The position numbers were made by a program, and so were the translations under genes. This document shows, one piece after another, positions 61,829-64,000 of a stretch of DNA of 64,000 bases; position 1 is the first letter of the stretch; each line of letters starts with the position of its first letter. This DNA comes from Lachnospiraceae bacterium (lineage in GTDB: Bacteria; Bacillota; Clostridia; Lachnospirales; Lachnospiraceae), in contig JAFZRH010000031.1 of the NCBI GenBank assembly GCA_017619975.1, positions 1,459 to 65,458 on the forward strand. Reading direction: 5' to 3'. Under the pieces are notes generated by a model. The model was not told the DNA's origin. It saw only the letters and a list, made by a program, of their open reading frames with translations, and did not search any database.

Positions 61829-63745
61829 TTACGGCAGCCGGTTCCAGATAAGGTTTTGTATGGCAAAGACGGCGCCCGCAAGTTTTCGCAGCTGCGGATC
61901 CAGCCCCGACATGTACCCCAGTTCGCTGCCCCGGTAACGGATGGTCCGATCCCGGTCTCCGTATGAAAAATGGAGGCTTATTTCAAAAGACGTACGCCCG
62001 CTTCCCGCACTTCCCTGATACTCGTCGGAAAGATCCTCCAGCGAAAGACACTGAAGATAAAGCTCCTTCATTACCTCTTTAGGCAGGATCAGCTGACTGC
62101 CCGAAGTCTCTTCCTGCCGATAGCGCGGCTGCCCCGCCTGCCAGCTTCCCGGCTCATAATCGATGCTCGTCCAGTGACTCCTCCTGTAGCTGCCGGTCTC
62201 GCTTTCGTAAGAAAACGCCCGGTCCTCGTATTCCTCCATGCCGCAGTAGGCGTAATCGATGGAAAAGCTGAAATCGGCCGGCAGCTCTGCGTCCAGGAGC
62301 CTTCGAATATGCGCCTCGGCCTGATCCAGCGTCGTATCCTTCCCGAAGCTCGGGAAGGCGTCGCCCGACATCATCAGTTCCCCGGCCTGCGCCCAGATCG
62401 CAAAGCGCTCGTTGTCCCCGACCGTATAATCGGCCAGCTCGGAAAAATACGACGGCGTGCCTTCCCCAAACTCATGCAGCATCAGGATCCCTTCGGCCCC
62501 AAGCTGTACGCCTCGAAAGGCTTTATCCAGACCATGCAGGGAAGATCCTTCCGATTCGATATTCATCAGGACCCGGATCGGGCCGTCGCTCTTCCTCTCG
62601 CCCCGGATCACGGACAGAGGCTCCAGCGTAAACAAACGGTAACCGTTTGAGCGGCCCCATCTCTCGTTATAGATCTCAATGTCCTTGATCTCCGTCACTT
62701 TTGCCCGTACGACCAGAGACGCTTCCGAAAAGAGCTGATGTTCGGTCAGGAAAGCCAGGCAGGCTTCCGACGACATCTGAACACCTCCCGAGCCCAAGAA
62801 AGGGAAAGCGCCTTTTGTCCCGATCACCACGTCTCCCGACCTAAGCAGGATCTTTTCCGGATCGTCCTTCGGGACCGGCACGGCGGCAGAGCCCAGCACC
62901 TGCCGTATCTTCTTTTCCGCCTGCGTGAGCGTTAAGCTTTCCGGGTATTCCGTAAAGAATCCCTGTACGTGCGCCGTCCCTTCGTGCGTCTCCAGGATCG
63001 CGCCGTAGCCTGTATGAAGCTCGTAGGCAATGCCGTCCGTCTGCCGGGCCGCAGGCAGCTTCGTCAGCAGGAAGATCCCCTCCTGCGGCTTGACTCCGTC
63101 GGGGAACACCGATCTCCAGTTTTTCATTCCCGGCAGGATGAAATTCATCCCCGCCACCGAAGAATTCTCCGGATACTCGGTCATCACTGCCGTCAGTTCT
63201 TTCCCCTCTTCCCATTCGCCCTTGACAAGCCGGATCGGGTGCAGGGTCAGCGTCACCTGATTCGCCGCCGTCCCTTTCGCGCCGCGCCCGTCCATCCCGC
63301 TTTCCCAGCGAAGAATGCTGGCGACCACGATCAGATCGGCTCTTTCCAGAAGCTGTTCGTCCGAATACCAGACGATCTTGGCCTGCGCCTGCTCCGCCGT
63401 CTCCGTGGAAGACTCTGCCGAACTGACATGAGGTTCTGTTATCTTCGGATCTTCTCCCGTTGTCTCGCCTGCCCGGCCCGGATCCGAAGCACCGGCCGTT
63501 TCGTTCAGGCTCTCTGTTTCGGAGGGTATCCGGTTCGGATCCCGATGCATCCAGAAATTGATGCCTGCCGCCAGCACAAAGACCGCCGCCAAAGCTCCGG
63601 CCCAGGAATACAGGCGTTTTCGTTTCTCACGCACTACCCTCTCTTTTCCGACCTCTGACAGCGCGCCGGCCGCCTCCGGATCCGCCTCCTGCCAGTATTT
63701 TTCGTCGATATTCCCCATGTTTTTCAATAAATCCGAGCTATTCAT
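61829..63745 (-). CDS. Putative anti-sigma factor / large membrane-anchored extracytoplasmic protein
   Basis: 638 aa. A short N-terminus (NIDEKYWQEADPEAA), a single TM (WAGALAAVFVLAAGINFWM) and a long external region. The start overlaps the stop of the upstream ECF sigma gene by 8 nt. Confidence 0.6.
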   Translation of the reverse strand: MNSSDLLKNMGNIDEKYWQEADPEAAGALSEVGKERVVREKRKRLYSWAGALAAVFVLAAGINFWMHRDPNRIPSETESLNETAGASDPGRAGETTGEDPKITEPHVSSAESSTETAEQAQAKIVWYSDEQLLERADLIVVASILRWESGMDGRGAKGTAANQVTLTLHPIRLVKGEWEEGKELTAVMTEYPENSSVAGMNFILPGMKNWRSVFPDGVKPQEGIFLLTKLPAARQTDGIAYELHTGYGAILETHEGTAHVQGFFTEYPESLTLTQAEKKIRQVLGSAAVPVPKDDPEKILLRSGDVVIGTKGAFPFLGSGGVQMSSEACLAFLTEHQLFSEASLVVRAKVTEIKDIEIYNERWGRSNGYRLFTLEPLSVIRGERKSDGPIRVLMNIESEGSSLHGLDKAFRGVQLGAEGILMLHEFGEGTPSYFSELADYTVGDNERFAIWAQAGELMMSGDAFPSFGKDTTLDQAEAHIRRLLDAELPADFSFSIDYAYCGMEEYEDRAFSYESETGSYRRSHWTSIDYEPGSWQAGQPRYRQEETSGSQLILPKEVMKELYLQCLSLEDLSDEYQGSAGSGRTSFEISLHFSYGDRDRTIRYRGSELGYMSGLDPQLRKLAGAVFAIQNLIWNRLP

Positions 63746-64000
63746 TCCACAGATCCTCCCGAATCAGCTTTTCTTTCAGCTGTTTTCTCAGACGGTACAG
63801 AAGAACACGGACGTGATTTTCTTTTAAGCCGTTTATCCCGGCGATCTCGGAAACGCTGTAAAAATACAGATAGCGCTGCAGAAAGACCTTTCTTTCCCGC
63901 TCTGCCAGATCTTCCAGAAAGCTTTCGAACGCTTCTTTCAGACTGAGAGCCTCCGCCCAGTCCCGGCCGTCCTGTCCGGGAAGACTGTCTTCCAGCTCTT
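63738..64000 (-). CDS. ECF-type sigma-70 family factor, C-terminal part (5' end beyond window)
   Basis: My translation of the - strand gives ...REREVFLQRYLYFYSVSEIAGINGLKENHVRVLLYRLRKQLKEKLIREDLWNE-stop, a region 4 HTH, with TAG at 63740-63738. It is not in the ORF track because there is no start codon in the window. Confidence 0.75.
   Translation of the reverse strand, partial: ELEDSLPGQDGRDWAEALSLKEAFESFLEDLAERERKVFLQRYLYFYSVSEIAGINGLKENHVRVLLYRLRKQLKEKLIREDLWNE

Overview
This 64-kb window looks like a chromosomal segment of a high-GC Gram-positive anaerobe (hand-sampled lines are about 55-65% GC). Gene content suggests Clostridia, possibly Oscillospiraceae-like: bcd-etfBA, hprK-murB-whiA, a YtvI-type transporter, an ECF-type RibU and Firmicute-style promoters and SD sites. 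This placement is inference. I can support about 62 protein genes, mostly housekeeping. They include a TldD/PmbA pair, two half-transporter ABC exporters, uvrC, hprK-murB-whiA-prmA and a butyryl-CoA dehydrogenase/Etf cluster with a Rex-like box. There is also a LacI-controlled cellodextrin-type locus (GH94 phosphorylase, GH5, ABC importer), ddl, and the formiminoglutamate genes. Further along are two ECF sigma/anti-sigma pairs, a PadR module, two ABC-2-type exporters, an SPFH protein and an FMN riboswitch-ribU operon. A complete shikimate operon carries two gene fusions, and a thiol-redox operon includes a small CXXC gene missing from the ORF track. I saw no rRNA, tRNA, CRISPR array, transposase, integrase or phage genes, and no recognisable defence-system genes. 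The unexplained signals are as follows. (1) A 298-nt nested-helix noncoding element lies inside an RHH-ABC exporter cassette that is itself bracketed by nested perfect inverted repeats. (2) Two families of dispersed palindromic elements occur: a GGGACGGTTC/GAACCGTCCC REP-like family and a GTGTCATYCTGAGC MITE-like family. (3) There are two low-GC insertions: an orphan 415-aa membrane protein, and a two-gene operon divergent from an ECF sigma gene. (4) A J-domain/DUF5685-like/zinc-ribbon module is translationally coupled. (5) An L,D-transpeptidase-like domain has both catalytic residues replaced. All homology statements come from motif recognition by eye, because no database search was possible. 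Most long antisense ORFs in the track are high-GC artefacts.
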